Source of the DNA: Trichoplax sp. H2
Lineage: Eukaryota
Reading direction: 5' to 3'
NCBI GenBank assembly: GCA_003344405.1
Contig: NOWV01000031.1
Coordinates: forward strand, 124,001 to 188,000
DNA: 64,000 nt
The position numbers and the translations under genes are program-made. Below, piece after piece: positions 37,601 to 51,047 of the stretch (within the stretch, counting starts at the first letter, position 1; every line of letters starts with the position of its first letter). The notes below the pieces were generated by a model. That model was not told the DNA's origin. It made no database searches and was given only the letters and a program-made list of their open reading frames with translations.

Positions 37601-40600
37601 TTGTTGCTTTTACTCGTATTTTACTTATATAGGCTCGTATCCGTTAATAAAGCGAATACCAATATACTTACTCCAAAGTAATTCATAAATTTCTCATATT
37701 GATATTAGAACGTAAATTATTTCACTCAGAAAAATTAATGAGTTTGTGAGTTAATTTTATTTACTCCTAAATTATTAGGCTAGAAAATGGTAACATTCCT
37801 GAAAGAAATTCATCTCCTCGGTAAATATTCATTGCTTTAGTATTTTGTAGAGATGATTATCGCTTTAAAGAATTTATGTGCTTTCTATAAACCTACAAGT
37901 TGCACTGAAGAAAGTGTTCCAATGGCCGAAGAAAATTCAGCAATGGATTGGTAATCTATGTTATGTTATGGATTCTATTGAAGCTTATATCGGTAGACTA
38001 ATTGTATTGGCTAGATTAGGAAATCTTTAATTCTGAATTGGTGCTCTTTTCGCTCTCAAAAATTTTAACTAAGATTGATTATACTATACTGGCTTCTACA
38101 GTATTTCTTATGCCCGATGTTACGTTTTAGAACCAGAAATAGTTATAGTTACTTTGTATAGCATTCATCCATATACTTTGTCTAGTTTAAATCACATTTT
38201 CATAACTATTTTACCCACTAATGTTTGCAAGTAGTTCCCATGATCAAGGTTTAAGTATTGAATATTCAGGGTTAAGCGTAAATACACTTGAAATATCGTA
38301 AGATTTTTATAACTATTTCCCTTATGACTCAAATATTTAGTAACGAAAATGTTGTAAATGCTGATAAAGACATAGTTAATAATAAGTAAGTAAATGATAT
38401 TAAAAGGTTAGAATTCATCTTTTGGTTGACATTATTTAAAATACAACATTTCGCGTTTTAAATTTTATAAAATTGTAGAGCAGAAAAAGGGCAAATTGTA
38501 AAGGAAGATTCGTCTAATATTGTGTAAATAGTATTTTTGATTCTCGTAAACCTCAATATAATTTTTTAGTATGTTTCTCCTGTAATAAATCTAAGCTAAT
38601 TCATTAATAGTAACGTTAACACCCACGAGAAGGTGGATAAAATTAGGGCAAAGAGGTAATTCGATAGTATAAAATATCGCGTAAGATGCAATTCTTTACA
38701 TCAATAGTTGGATTAAAGTATGATAAATTTTAAAAGTAAATGTTTGCTTTTTTCAGTGAAGAAATCATGCAAGAGACTAAAGCTGATTCCTCGAATATTA
38801 CGTATGAAATATACCAGTATTTATAAATTTCTTGTCAACTTTGTAATTTCCTGCTTATATTACGATTCTACGAAATGTAAATTTTGTCGATAGAAACGCT
38901 CAAGTTAAGGATATTCCAATTGAAGTTAATAGGTAATTTTCAAAGTATTATGTTCGAACAAATAGATGGTTATATTACGGCTTTAGCGTTATTTCCTAGA
39001 CATACAGGAGGAATTGCATGTTTAGTATGATAAGCTGAATGGATATGATTTGCTTATTGTAAATTATAGAGACAGAGTCCAAATCAATATGGAAGCTGCA
39101 ATTAATATGGCGTAATTTATACGTTTTATAATTATAAATTGCTGAGATAAAATAAAACTAATTCTTTGTATAATTTATATTATAGAGAAGCAAGCTTCGA
39201 AAATACTGAGAAAAGCTCATCCAATAAAACGTAAGCTATATTTTTGGGCTTATAAACTGTTACTATAAAAATACTGTTTTACTGTTTTGCATATTTTTCC
39301 TTGTAAGCTACTATGATGAAATATAAATTTAAACGTTTTATCATCTTTAAACATAGAGAAGAAAGTATCGTAAACATTAAGGGAAATTTATCTAATGTCA
39401 TGTAATTCATGTTTTTATGCTTACAATATACGCCACTTTATATTTATATAATGCTATGTTATAGCAACGAATCTGCTTTGCTTAAGTTCTAGCGATCGAA
39501 ATATCCAAGTCTTGAACGATAAGCTTGGAGCCAATTAGTAATTTCAATCTTAATTACCTATTAAGTCCGAGCTTAACTTTAATTCTGACCAAATACAGGA
39601 ATTAGGCAAACTAGAAATTAACATTTTTATAATTTATTATGTGCTAAAACAATTCTATTTTACACGGAGTAATCTTTTATGAACATAAGTGATAAAATTT
39701 TGTTCTAACAGCTAAACTGCTTTTCAATTTAATAAGACAAAGCGCATTTTTGTATTTGCGTAATGTAGTAAAGAACCTGGGCAAAGCCCTGATTTCAATT
39801 TAGCCCCTACATCGTATGTTTATTTCCGCTAGATTGCTTTGATATCATTTTCGTTAAATTAGCTTTCACCTTCTAATAATTTCAATTTTTACAGTTCCAG
39901 TATTAATAACCGAGAAATCTTTAATAAGGAGAAGCGGTAATGATGATGAAGTCAATTAATTAGCATGTAAATTTGTTCGACTGCATTTATATAACTATTT
40001 TATCTATTACGTTATCGTAATTTCATTGTGGTAAACAATTTACATTAAAATTTTGAATAATTTCGAAATGGCTTATAAATGACGTAAATATTTATGATTC
40101 AAAGTCACTATGGGCTTAAATTTTCATAGCCGTATGTTAAAATTATTATCATACTTTCTTAAAAGCTGGCAAAAATCTATATAGATTGTTATTGATATCC
40201 TGGAAAATAATCGACCCTGAGATTTTCTACTGTTATTTCAGTCCTGAACAATCTAATGATCATGACCCAAGCTATCAAAATCTTCAAGAATCGAGGTATG
40301 GAATACTCTTACGATTTTATCATACATTCTATAACTACTCAGCAGTATTAAAATTAAATTTCAACTTGAAAAGATATCATTAATTTTCAGTTCAGTAGAA
40401 GATTCTTACTCGATAATTAAAAAATCACCTCGTTCGAAGTAAGAAATAGATAGCTGGCGGAATGTATCAAGATAATGTATATTTATCGATAGACTTTGCT
40501 TACGTAATTTATTTTTTAAATGATAACATTATGGCTTTTAGAATTGCTAGGAATGGTATAGATTCAGTGGATGATTGTTTAGCTCAAGAGCGGTAAAACA

Positions 40601-42375
40601 TAGAATTTAGCTAGGAAATTGCTATAACAATTACAGCTATGTACAATAGGGAGTATCGAATTTTGCTACGTATAAACTAAAACTGCACTGCCATCAATAA
40701 TATCAGAACTACGGAAAATATTGATTTAATAGAAGATCCTTTAGCCCGAGAGAAGTAAGGCATGCTCTGAATATAAAGATGTCAGATCATAAATCTACTA
40801 CTAGTTATAAGTATATACTACAGATTGCAATATACTACGTAATTTATAATAACTCGTGCTGCCTATAGAGTTACGCGAGACATCAGTTTAACGGATAATT
40901 GTTCATTACAAGAGGAGTAGTTTAAACTTTGTCGAAATAACATACAATTGCAACATCCAATTGTAAATCTTGGATAAGTTTTTTAAGAGAATTTTTGATT
41001 GTTGAAGCTTAAGTCATGTCCATTATTTAGTTTTGCAGAAATGTGTGTCTGCTTAGCTGATAAACAGTCTGTGCAAGAGAGGTAAGTCAAATAAGGTTCA
41101 AGAATATAATAAAGCTATAATAAGTTCTATTACCACGGGTAGCAGCAAATTAACTGATACAAGATCAACATTATCATTAGCTCAGAGCTGTGAAAGTTAC
41201 TATCGTTTTAGTTGATAATTAATAATTAATCGGTCATGACAAGAAATATTTTTAAACAAATTTGAAGTCGTGATACGTCGGAAGAATTTTAATTATCTTT
41301 GGATAGGACTTAATGGCCATTTTCCGTACAAAAATAAATTAAGGCCACAATTTTTAATTTTAGATCTGCAGAAGAAGGTATCGACTTGGTAGATGATGGC
41401 TCACGTCATTGGTATGATATGAAACTGTATTTTGCATTTACTGGTTTCATGATTTTGCTTATAGAGAAGCTACATCTATGCTGGTGATATATATATATCT
41501 GATGAATAATTCATTTCTTTTTTTGGTAGTATCAGTTCTGGAGAAGAAGCTCTTAATTTACTGCATGATAATTCAAGCCTACTTTGGTACGGCAAACTTG
41601 TGGTTGAGAGCAATTAATTTTTGTGGATAAAGTATTTTTAATTGAGGGCACAAAGTATCTCTAATCATTCTTTCATGCTACAGCAAAGCAATGATGAATC
41701 ATCATACTGTATTATTAGTTTACAATATGTAGAATAAAGCAAAATCTTCATTGACAATTTAAAAAAATTACACTGTTCGATAAATCTGACTATTTCTTAT
41801 TTTTAATTTAGTCTATTGCGATAGTTACTACGTATCCTATTTTAGTTTTGCTTTACTCCGCAAATGAAATTATGTTAATAAGATACAGCTAATTGTATTG
41901 TAGCTAATTTTGCGCTTTATAATTGCTAGTGACGAAAACACTCAACAGCTTCTTGACAATTCCATCAAGCAGATGTAAATATTTTCTTGTCATTATCATG
42001 AGCTGTATATTATAGATCAGGATGTATTTAGTCCTGTACTTTTAAAATCCAATGTGAAATATTTCCTTGCAGGGAAAATTCTATAGTAATAACTATGCAT
42101 ATTTGTTGCGATTTTATTTGCTATTAAAGTGATAAAAACAACCACACCAGGGAGAATGAGATCAAAAGTTACGAAGAAAATTCTATATATCAATCGTAAG
42201 TGAGACGATCATCAAACGGACCTGGCCGTCTATGATGAGTATTGCTTAGTGAGCTAAGAGATCAATGAACTGGTATAAAATGAAGTTTTATAGCGAGTAA
42301 TAAATTTAAATTCCTTTTTCCTGCAGTTCAGATTCTATTAAAGGAGGTAATGGTTATGCAGAGTCTATCAACTAG
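31616..42375 (+). CDS. Array of ~60 symmetric phase-2 micro-exons encoding an acidic, low-complexity ~1,000-aa polypeptide; probable C-terminal tail of the WD40 gene
   Basis: Repeated polypyrimidine-AG | N + codons + NN | GT units, e.g. 31616-31666 (51 nt), 32916 (45), 33208 (57), 35408 (45), 38757 (45), 40391 (48), 42130 (66). All are open in the same phase and end in a terminal exon 42327-42375 (SDSIKGGNGYAESIN*). Confidence 0.85.
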
Positions 42376-44239
42376 TAAAGTTGATAGAACCTTCAGCTGA
42401 ATCTTCAAGCTGCTTTGAAAGACCTGTTCATCTCTTGGAAACATTTGTTTTATCGTAGAATAAGTAAAATAGATATGGATGAGTCTGAACTTAGATTCAT
42501 AATAACTTAGTAATCTTTTCGCTCTAGGTTGGATTTACAATATCATTTTTTCCTTATTGTTATGATCTATTCTTAGTTGATGCTTTGCTTTAAATTGCAA
42601 TAGATTTATTAAACACTTATAATCAGTAAGCTTAGATAGATTTCCGTTTTATAAATTAAATTTGAACAAATACCATTCTCATTCTATATTAGTTTCATGC
42701 GGATTTCTACTATATTGATTATGTGATATTTTCCTTTGGAAATTGCGGTGTTACTTGTAATTCGTAATTTTGATCAATAAATATAATTGGGTACGGAACT
42801 TATATAGATTTCTCTATTTTCTTCTATTTGAATAAATTATAAATCTTTCACTTGGGATATCTTAATGTATCTTTATCTTTTCCGTGCAAAATATTCATAA
42901 AAATAAGGTATGAGTTATTTCAATATTTTAAGTAATATATAAGACATAGAATTAAATCCGCTCGAATCTCTTAAATTTAGTAAGTAACAACACAGATAAA
43001 ATGATAAACTCAAATTCTATCATGTTGCTTTGTACCTCGATTTAATATATTGCTTCTGTACCGTAAATGGGATTATAGTAAACAGCCTAATATAAATTGT
43101 ACTAATCGAACACTTATACTGGGTTACTATATTTTAAAAATAAAATTCTGTTTATTCTAATGCCGTCGAAAAATTACTAGATACATCAATTTTTAACTAC
43201 TGCACGTAATTTAATCGACCAAATTTATTAAATTTTAACGATTGAAAACAGCAGTGACTTGTACAGTTAGTCATTCCATACTCCGTAATAGAGTAACAGA
43301 GTGATATATATTACATAGCTTGGTGAGGATAGTGTATCAGTCGATACACAGATTTATAATTAATTAATTGTACTATAAACTGCTGCTTGAGGGTGAACTC
43401 TAATTTTATGATTGTCTACTTAGAGATTAGTTATCAGGCGCTTAACTTATATGAAAATAAAACTTAATTAGCTATAAAATATCCACTTAGTCGTATTTTA
43501 CCATCACGTCGCGATGCAGTGTACTGCAAGTAAGCATCTAATTGTACTTTTACTGCTATCGATTAAACCTTCTATACGAAAATATTAAAATTTGAATGTA
43601 TGGTTTTGCAGGATGTGTGTTCGTGAAGCCCGATTTTTGTATGATATCTATTCGTAAGCACCGAAATATATAGGAGAATTTAGTGAGGAAAATGGAAAAT
43701 ACGATGGACATTGGCAGAGGTCGTGTTGATTGTTAAGTAGTTGGACTGTTGTTTTATGACTAAATCTTGATGTTTAAAGGTTGATTTTTAGACTTTTATA
43801 GTGTATTAATGATAAAAATTATGTTAGAAGTGAAGTTTGATGTATTTTTATAGTTAGCTTGTTAGTTCTATAGTGTTATGTAAGGGAATCATAGGGTAAA
43901 TTGTGTCTGAACTTTGAGTGATTTTTGTTTTCTTAAATGGTGCAATGTAGTTTTGTAAAACGGATCTTAAGAGCGATTGGTTAGCAAATGTTTAGTTTTA
44001 AATACCTCTGACGGCTCTACGAAGCTTGTAAATGATAGTGCAATTAGAAAATTTAGAGGGAGAGTAGAAGAAGATTTTACTTGAAGAACTTGTTGAATTT
44101 AAAAGGCCTTCGGGGTCGAATCGTCGTAAGTTAGAACGTTCTTCTTTTTGAAAGGTTGTTTGGTCATTGACAGTTTTTAAGTCTGTCATTTATTTTAATA
44201 ATACTTAAAGCTAAGTATTTGCAAGGTCGTTCGGTTTAT

Positions 44240-47200
44240 ACTTCTCTCGATTTTTGTTTTGTAATAAATTGTTGTTCGGTTATTTCCCTAAATTTTATTA
44301 TGGTGTCAAAGTATTAGCGTTAAGTAGACCGTAATGCAACGAAAGTAGAAGCAAAGTTTGTTAAAGTTTTGTAGCTTGATCTCTACACTTTTCATTTCAT
44401 TACATAAGAAATTTCCTCTTAGAAAATTATGCTATGCGTATGAGTTAAGGCTTTTTTTCATAGGAAATTCTGCAAAATACCTAAAGTATTTCAGGTATTT
44501 TGCCGAATGCCAGATTTCGCAAATTGCCGTTGACATATGTTAAATATTGTATTTCTACTTTGCAATAGTTTTAATCTAGATTAATCTATAACGTAATCTT
44601 GAAGTTATATCACGTAACACACTTAGAGATACTATACAACGTACGTTCGTGTTTAGTAAATAGTAGCAATAGATAATTAGAGTACATAAACAACTAGAAT
44701 GATTACTTACTCTTCTCTATTCAAGCAACTTCTTATTTCTACTGCATGGTTTTCTTCGATAGCAGACTTAGAAAAAACTATATCCGACATAGTGTCTTCT
44801 CCATCATTACCCTACGTACGTATGAATGAGTACACATACGTATGTATAAATGTATATGTATCGAGATAAGAATTATCAGTAACGAACAGCTTTGTAAGTT
44901 GCAACAGACTTGTTATATACGTTAAGTATTAAGGAAAAGAACTAACATTTAACTGATTGCGATAATATTCTCTTGACTTTGTTAACCGATAGAATGCCAA
45001 CATGAATAAACCCATGATTACCAACTGCTAGACATAAATAAATTAATAGTACATATATAAATAATTAAGTGAATTAAAATAACATCCGATTTAGGATCAA
45101 TACAGTACATTACTGTAGTAACATAATTATATTATAAGGACTATATAAATGTATTTTTTAAGTTAAATCTGCTGATTTCCGTTTACTTTTATTCGTGACC
45201 AAAGAGAATCTTCCGGATTATTTTTTCTAAATCCCTTATAAAATGATTTCAATGTACAAATGTAAGGCTTTATATAGTCAGCGTTTGACTAGTATAGAAA
45301 GATCATATCAAAGAAACCGCAATCTAAATATAGTTATGATTCATAGTTCACAACTATTTCAGTTACAATTACGCATATATATAATGATAATTACGAAAAT
45401 AGAATATTATTGAATAGTACTAGCAGAAACGATGACATCAACACTATTTATAGTAAAGGAAAGACAATATAGATGACGTGTAAGGGAAGAATAGCAATAT
45501 TGATTGGGCTGAGGTAAGGCGATATTATTAGAACATTATTGTATAGTGCCAGCAGAAATGATGACATCAACACTATTAATAGCGAAGGAAAAATAATATA
45601 GATGACATATGATGGGACAACAATGATATTAATTAGGGTGCGGTACAAGTAAATATATATTTATAAATATTAAGCACAAAGCAAGGTATATAGGTCAGTT
45701 ATAGTTGGTGGTTGCCTTAGCATTAATTGGTAAATATTTACAGTTGTTTAAAGTAATTGCAACTTGAATAGTCGTAGTAATACAATAGTAATACATTTAA
45801 CCTACAAATATAGTCATGCTTCATGCATGATTCAGGACTATTTCAGTTGTATTTACGTAATTATGTAATGATAATTACGAAATTAGAATATTATTGATTG
45901 ATACTAGCAGAAACGATGACATCAACACTATTTACAGTAAAGGAAAGATAATATAGATAACATGTGAGGGGGAAATAGTAATATTAATTGGGCTAAAGTA
46001 AGGCGATATTATTAAAACATTATTGTGTAGCATCAGCAGAAACGATGACATCAATACTATTTATAGTAAAGGAAAGAGAATATAAATAACAAATTTAACA
46101 GCTCGACCCGATATTAGCCCGATAACTTATTTTTGGATCAACAGTTTGTTGGCCCGCTTTTATTAGTTGTTGTTATTGTACTAACGGGACTATCACTCAC
46201 TAAGTCCATTAACAAATAAAAAAAGTACAAAATCTACGCTATTTATACTATGGGATACGTGCCACAATCATGCTGTGTGCTTAAACACCTGTTTACGTTT
46301 CAATGTTCGCATATGATAATGAAATAAAGAAATCAGTCATAATTGTCCACAAAATTTCGATATATCGTACAAAATTTTCATTATCATAGTGTCATAAACC
46401 AGCTTCGTGACAAGGATAACGTAAAATAAATCTCTAAATTACTATAATCTCCGGGATTCAGTATCCCTTAACTATCTCACAAGAATTTAGACGCCTTTGA
46501 TTCTACGTTAAAACAACTATACAATTAAGAACTGCTTTACTCAACTATCTGACGGGTTTATATACCCTTGTACAGCAGCTAACATTCACAAGTCATCTTA
46601 TAAAAATTCTTGGATAAGAACATCTACTAACTAGTTTTTCACAGTCGAACTACAATATGTCCATTCACAGAATCATTTTAGTACACATTACAGCACAGCA
46701 ATAAATTTACTGTAACACGTTTATAATTAGAGTGATTCTTATTGTAAGTGACCAGTTGTAATATAATATCACTATATTATATTAAACAAATTTAGATATC
46801 TATTTCTTCACGGTAGTTCGTACCGTGACACATAGAAAAATATATGAGTTATTTTTATTTGTAACTAGCAATGTATAAAAAAACTCATTTAGAAAAGATA
46901 AGAGAAACTTAGTTATTCCAATAACATGAAAATAAAATACTACTAGAAATACGCGTATAATCGTAATGTATAAGGGCCAATAAACCCAAGTAGCTAGAAT
47001 CTTCGTCGATAGTAGCAACTAACGCTATATCGTACTTGACGTAAAATACATTAAAACGCACTTTGAGAGTCCAAACGTATAAGAAAAAAGTATCTAAGAC
47101 CTTCCTTACTGGCCTAAATTAAAAAATTTAACATAGCATTTATCAGCTTCAGATAGAGAAGACCTTTATCACTCTCAAGCAAACTGTAGAACAAATGAAT

Positions 47201-47770
47201 GATAGCAAAATGCATCCGCAACCAAGTTCATTATACGAGTTCATATTTAATCGCAGCATTTCATCTGCAGACTACAGCAGCAGCATCAAAGGGAACCCGC
47301 AGTCATTCTAACCTCTAATGTGCATTTGGAATCCTTTCTTTTTGAAATCCGTTTAGCATGTCCGTTGTAAAATACAAAACTACTTCTAGTAACGGTCACG
47401 TTGGATACATTGCCACCAATTATTGATTCATTAAAAGAATCGACCTTTGATATTACGTTCTACAATATATGTATTGCTTAAAGTTATTACTTGAGTACTA
47501 GATAAGTTTATGTAGGCCTTTCTACTAGCACTAAAACGCCAACTGGTAAAATGCTTGCAAAGACAGATTGGCTTTCTACCTTGAAATTCAATATTACACT
47601 GAGCATTAATACTTAAAGTAAACTATCGCCCTGTGTGAAAATCTTGACCGTGATATTTCTTTTGATCACTATACCATATCACTCAATTTATGATACAAAT
47701 CGTCCACTAATTTGTATGTTACACTGCCAGAAAAAATCCGATCACCTAGAAAAAGAATTAAAGCGAGCTC
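44240..47770 (-). pseudogene. Possible degenerate single-pass membrane protein gene
   Basis: Phase-compatible exons ~45027-44947 (QLVIMGLFMLAFYRLTKSREYYRNQLN, TM-like) and ~44811-44711 (GNDGEDTMSDIVFSK...). Upstream exon-like segments at 45230-45110 and 47770-47110 (Cys-rich, N-glycosylation sequons) contain in-frame stops. Confidence 0.35.
45330..46090. repeat. Nested tandem repeat: ~130-bp unit within a duplicated block
   Basis: agcagaaacgatgacatcaacactattta recurs at ~45422, 45551, 45906, 46035. Confidence 0.85.
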
Positions 47771-50700
47771 TCATTAGTTGTTAAAAAGTTAGAAACAATC
47801 CTCTCTACCTTTACATAACAATGTTTTATTTTCATGGTTACAGTATATCTTCAGTGCTACAGAATATTTCACAATACAATAGAAGGTAAATGCGTATACT
47901 ACATTGCTATTGCCATTGAAAACTTTTAAACTAGTCAAATTAGAGATTCAAATGAAATCCAGTAGATCCAAAATAAGTCTGATTGCTCGTACAATTACTT
48001 GTAAAAATATTTTACTGCAAAAAATGGAGAAGTTGTCAGGACATATTTCATTTAGATTATCTGCCTAATTGATAAACTAGAGTTGCTTTAATCAATTTAG
48101 CACAGTTCTTTACTCTGGCAGTTTACTTTATAGTCTACGGTTCTGTAGAAATTTGATGTCTACTAATACACAATAATAACAATAATAATAGTAAGAATAG
48201 CTCTTCTAGTGGCAGTAAATTAGGAAGAATTAATAACTTTAACAATATAACTTATTTAATACATAGTATTTTCATTCTGTAATTTGTAATCATTATAAAT
48301 TTCTATCGTTTACGTCCAGAAATTCTATAAAAAAACTTTCGACAATTGACAATAATATGATTCTAATTTCATTTCACTCTATATAGATTCTTAATTTTAT
48401 GTAGGATTGCAATAAATTACTACCGTATACAGTATTTATTAGCTATTGACGCTTAAAGGCTTAACGTGTTAATAGTTGATGAAAAGCATTGAATCGATTA
48501 ATTGACAATAGAATAAGTAAGTATCCAGCTTGAGTTCATGTAAGCTAATATAGGAATGATTATGGATTTTTTTATCAATTTATTTTAGGCAAAAGATAAA
48601 AGACAATAGGTAGTTATGTTATTTAGGAGTCATCTTGTACCGCTTAAATTAACGGATAGTTTTAGTTAGTTAAGCCAGTTTATTTACTGACAAGAATAGA
48701 TAGAATGCTATTATAATGTTTTATATAGTGCTGATGTTATTATAATTGATCGATTTACAATAATATGGAAGAAAAATGAGTAGAAAAAACTTTCAGTTTT
48801 ATGACGTCGCCGTTTGTTTATGTTAAATGAACAGCAATGCAATACAGCTCTTACACTGTAAGAATAAAAGAACCAATGATTGGGAAATGATTGAGATTAG
48901 AGATAGTTTTTATTAAGGGATAATACTGTAACGCAATTCCGTTAGTAAAGCAGCCAATAAAATTAACGGTACCTGGAAAAAGAAAATGAATCGATTTTTT
49001 ACAACTTACGTTTCAATGCAGATAGATGAATTGAAATAAACGCAATACAGGAGTAATAAATTCTGAACAAGTAGTACTAGAAAGGAGATTGCAATTACGA
49101 ATGATTAAGTTGGAAAGAGAGGTGTGAAATTGAGCACACAAACTACAATATTATCGACGATTAAGTGGAAAAGCTCAAGGAGAGAATGAGGGTTGGTTAT
49201 GATATATCAGGTAGATTACAATTATGTTCAAATATTAATCGTAAAGTTGTAAATTGAATAGAGGAAAAAATCTACATAAATTAGGGAGATCACAATTATA
49301 AAAGATTAAATCGAATATTTAGAAGGAAAATGAAGGCTGAGCACGTAATAAAACTACCGTTATTGTTAAAATTTTATTTAGGACAATTTAAGTTGAGTCA
49401 TTGCCTGATATATACATAAGTAATTTAGCTGATATCCATTCCTACAACTCCTGTTTATTAAATTAAATTCGTTCTTTTTTTAAATCAATCGACTCAATGC
49501 TATTATGATGCTAATAGTGTAGAATACTATAGGAATCTTTTACTTATAGTAGATATCGATATTTAACACTCTGCAACTGCTAAACAAATTAACGAATTCA
49601 AAATAATTGGTGTACAATTTATGTGAAAATACTAGGGCTGTATATAATCGTTACTAAGGAGATAAAGTGAGTAGCAGAGTTTAAATAATAATGCCTGCTT
49701 AATTTGATTGTATTTGAGCCTTGTTTACACTAACGGAATGGTTATAAATAATTATTTAATAACTTCTTAGTACTGTGTTGCTGATATTCTAATTTTGTGA
49801 TCGCCTTTATATAGATTAGCTCTTCGGTGCATAAAATTTGTATGAAAAACATTAAAAACCTCTACAAAAATCTAATTAGTTCAAGTATCATGTTTTATTA
49901 AAATAATTTTTAGGCCATTTTAGCCTCAAAATATAAATAGCATCTTAAGCTATGATACAAATTATAATGATCGCAATTTAGTTACTAATCACCTTAACAC
50001 CACTATTTCTATAGAATTTGTATCAATAATTGATAAAGAATGACAATCAAAAAGTTGCAATGCTAGCAGACGAGTGAACCTTATCCAATTTACAATATAT
50101 TCAAAGGATGCCAAATGAAATTATAGCTAGGTAGTTGATAATATTTACTATTTTAGGCGTAATAGCTTTTAGCCTAAATTAACATTTATTGCACATACTA
50201 GTGAACTACTCGATCAAATAAATCCTATGAATCCCTAATTTACAATAATTAATATATAAGAGTGAGGTATGATTCTAATTTCTTGTAGTACACATCTTTG
50301 TTTCTGTTAAAACTGAAAATAGGGATAATTTGCCTAATGTTTCAATTATTTCAATTCGAGATTCGTAGTAGCATTACGATTAGATTTTATGGTCATAGCT
50401 ATTAACCAAATAATGAGTTAGTTTGGAGCCCATAGGAAGACCGCATTAAAGTTATGGAAAACCGAAAAATGCAGAATGCTGTTGATTAATTATATTGAAA
50501 ATATAATGACGGAGAACGATTGAAGGCTGCTGAGATAACGGTAATCAAGGTACTTTATTATTTGGCAATTTATTGAATAGCTGTATTTAATTAAACCTGT
50601 TGATTATATTATTGATATGAATAGAAATCATCCTATTGCGATGTTAATATTATGCTAATTTCTACTCACTAATAGATTTTATACGTAAGTAAGGATTTAT

Positions 50701-51047
50701 GTAAGTTACAGTATTGATATAGAAGAGAACGTCCATCGAAAGTAATTTGGGCGCGCGATTACTTTTATTCGGTGGTAGATAACACCTATGCCATGATGCT
50801 TCTTTACAAATGCAATCCCACATTTCTAACTGATTGGTGTATGTCCGTAACCGAAAAGAACTTTAAAGTTTTGTTATAACGTAGAAGTTAGCCATCTCGA
50901 ATGAAACTGGGTAATAGTTTCATTGGAAACGCAGTTTTTATTGAAAACTTTAATTAATCGTATGTTTTAAAGCAGTATTACGTCTAACTTTCAACACGTC
51001 ATCGCCATCTTTTTCAATATACTGATAATAAGGGTGATCAATCTACT

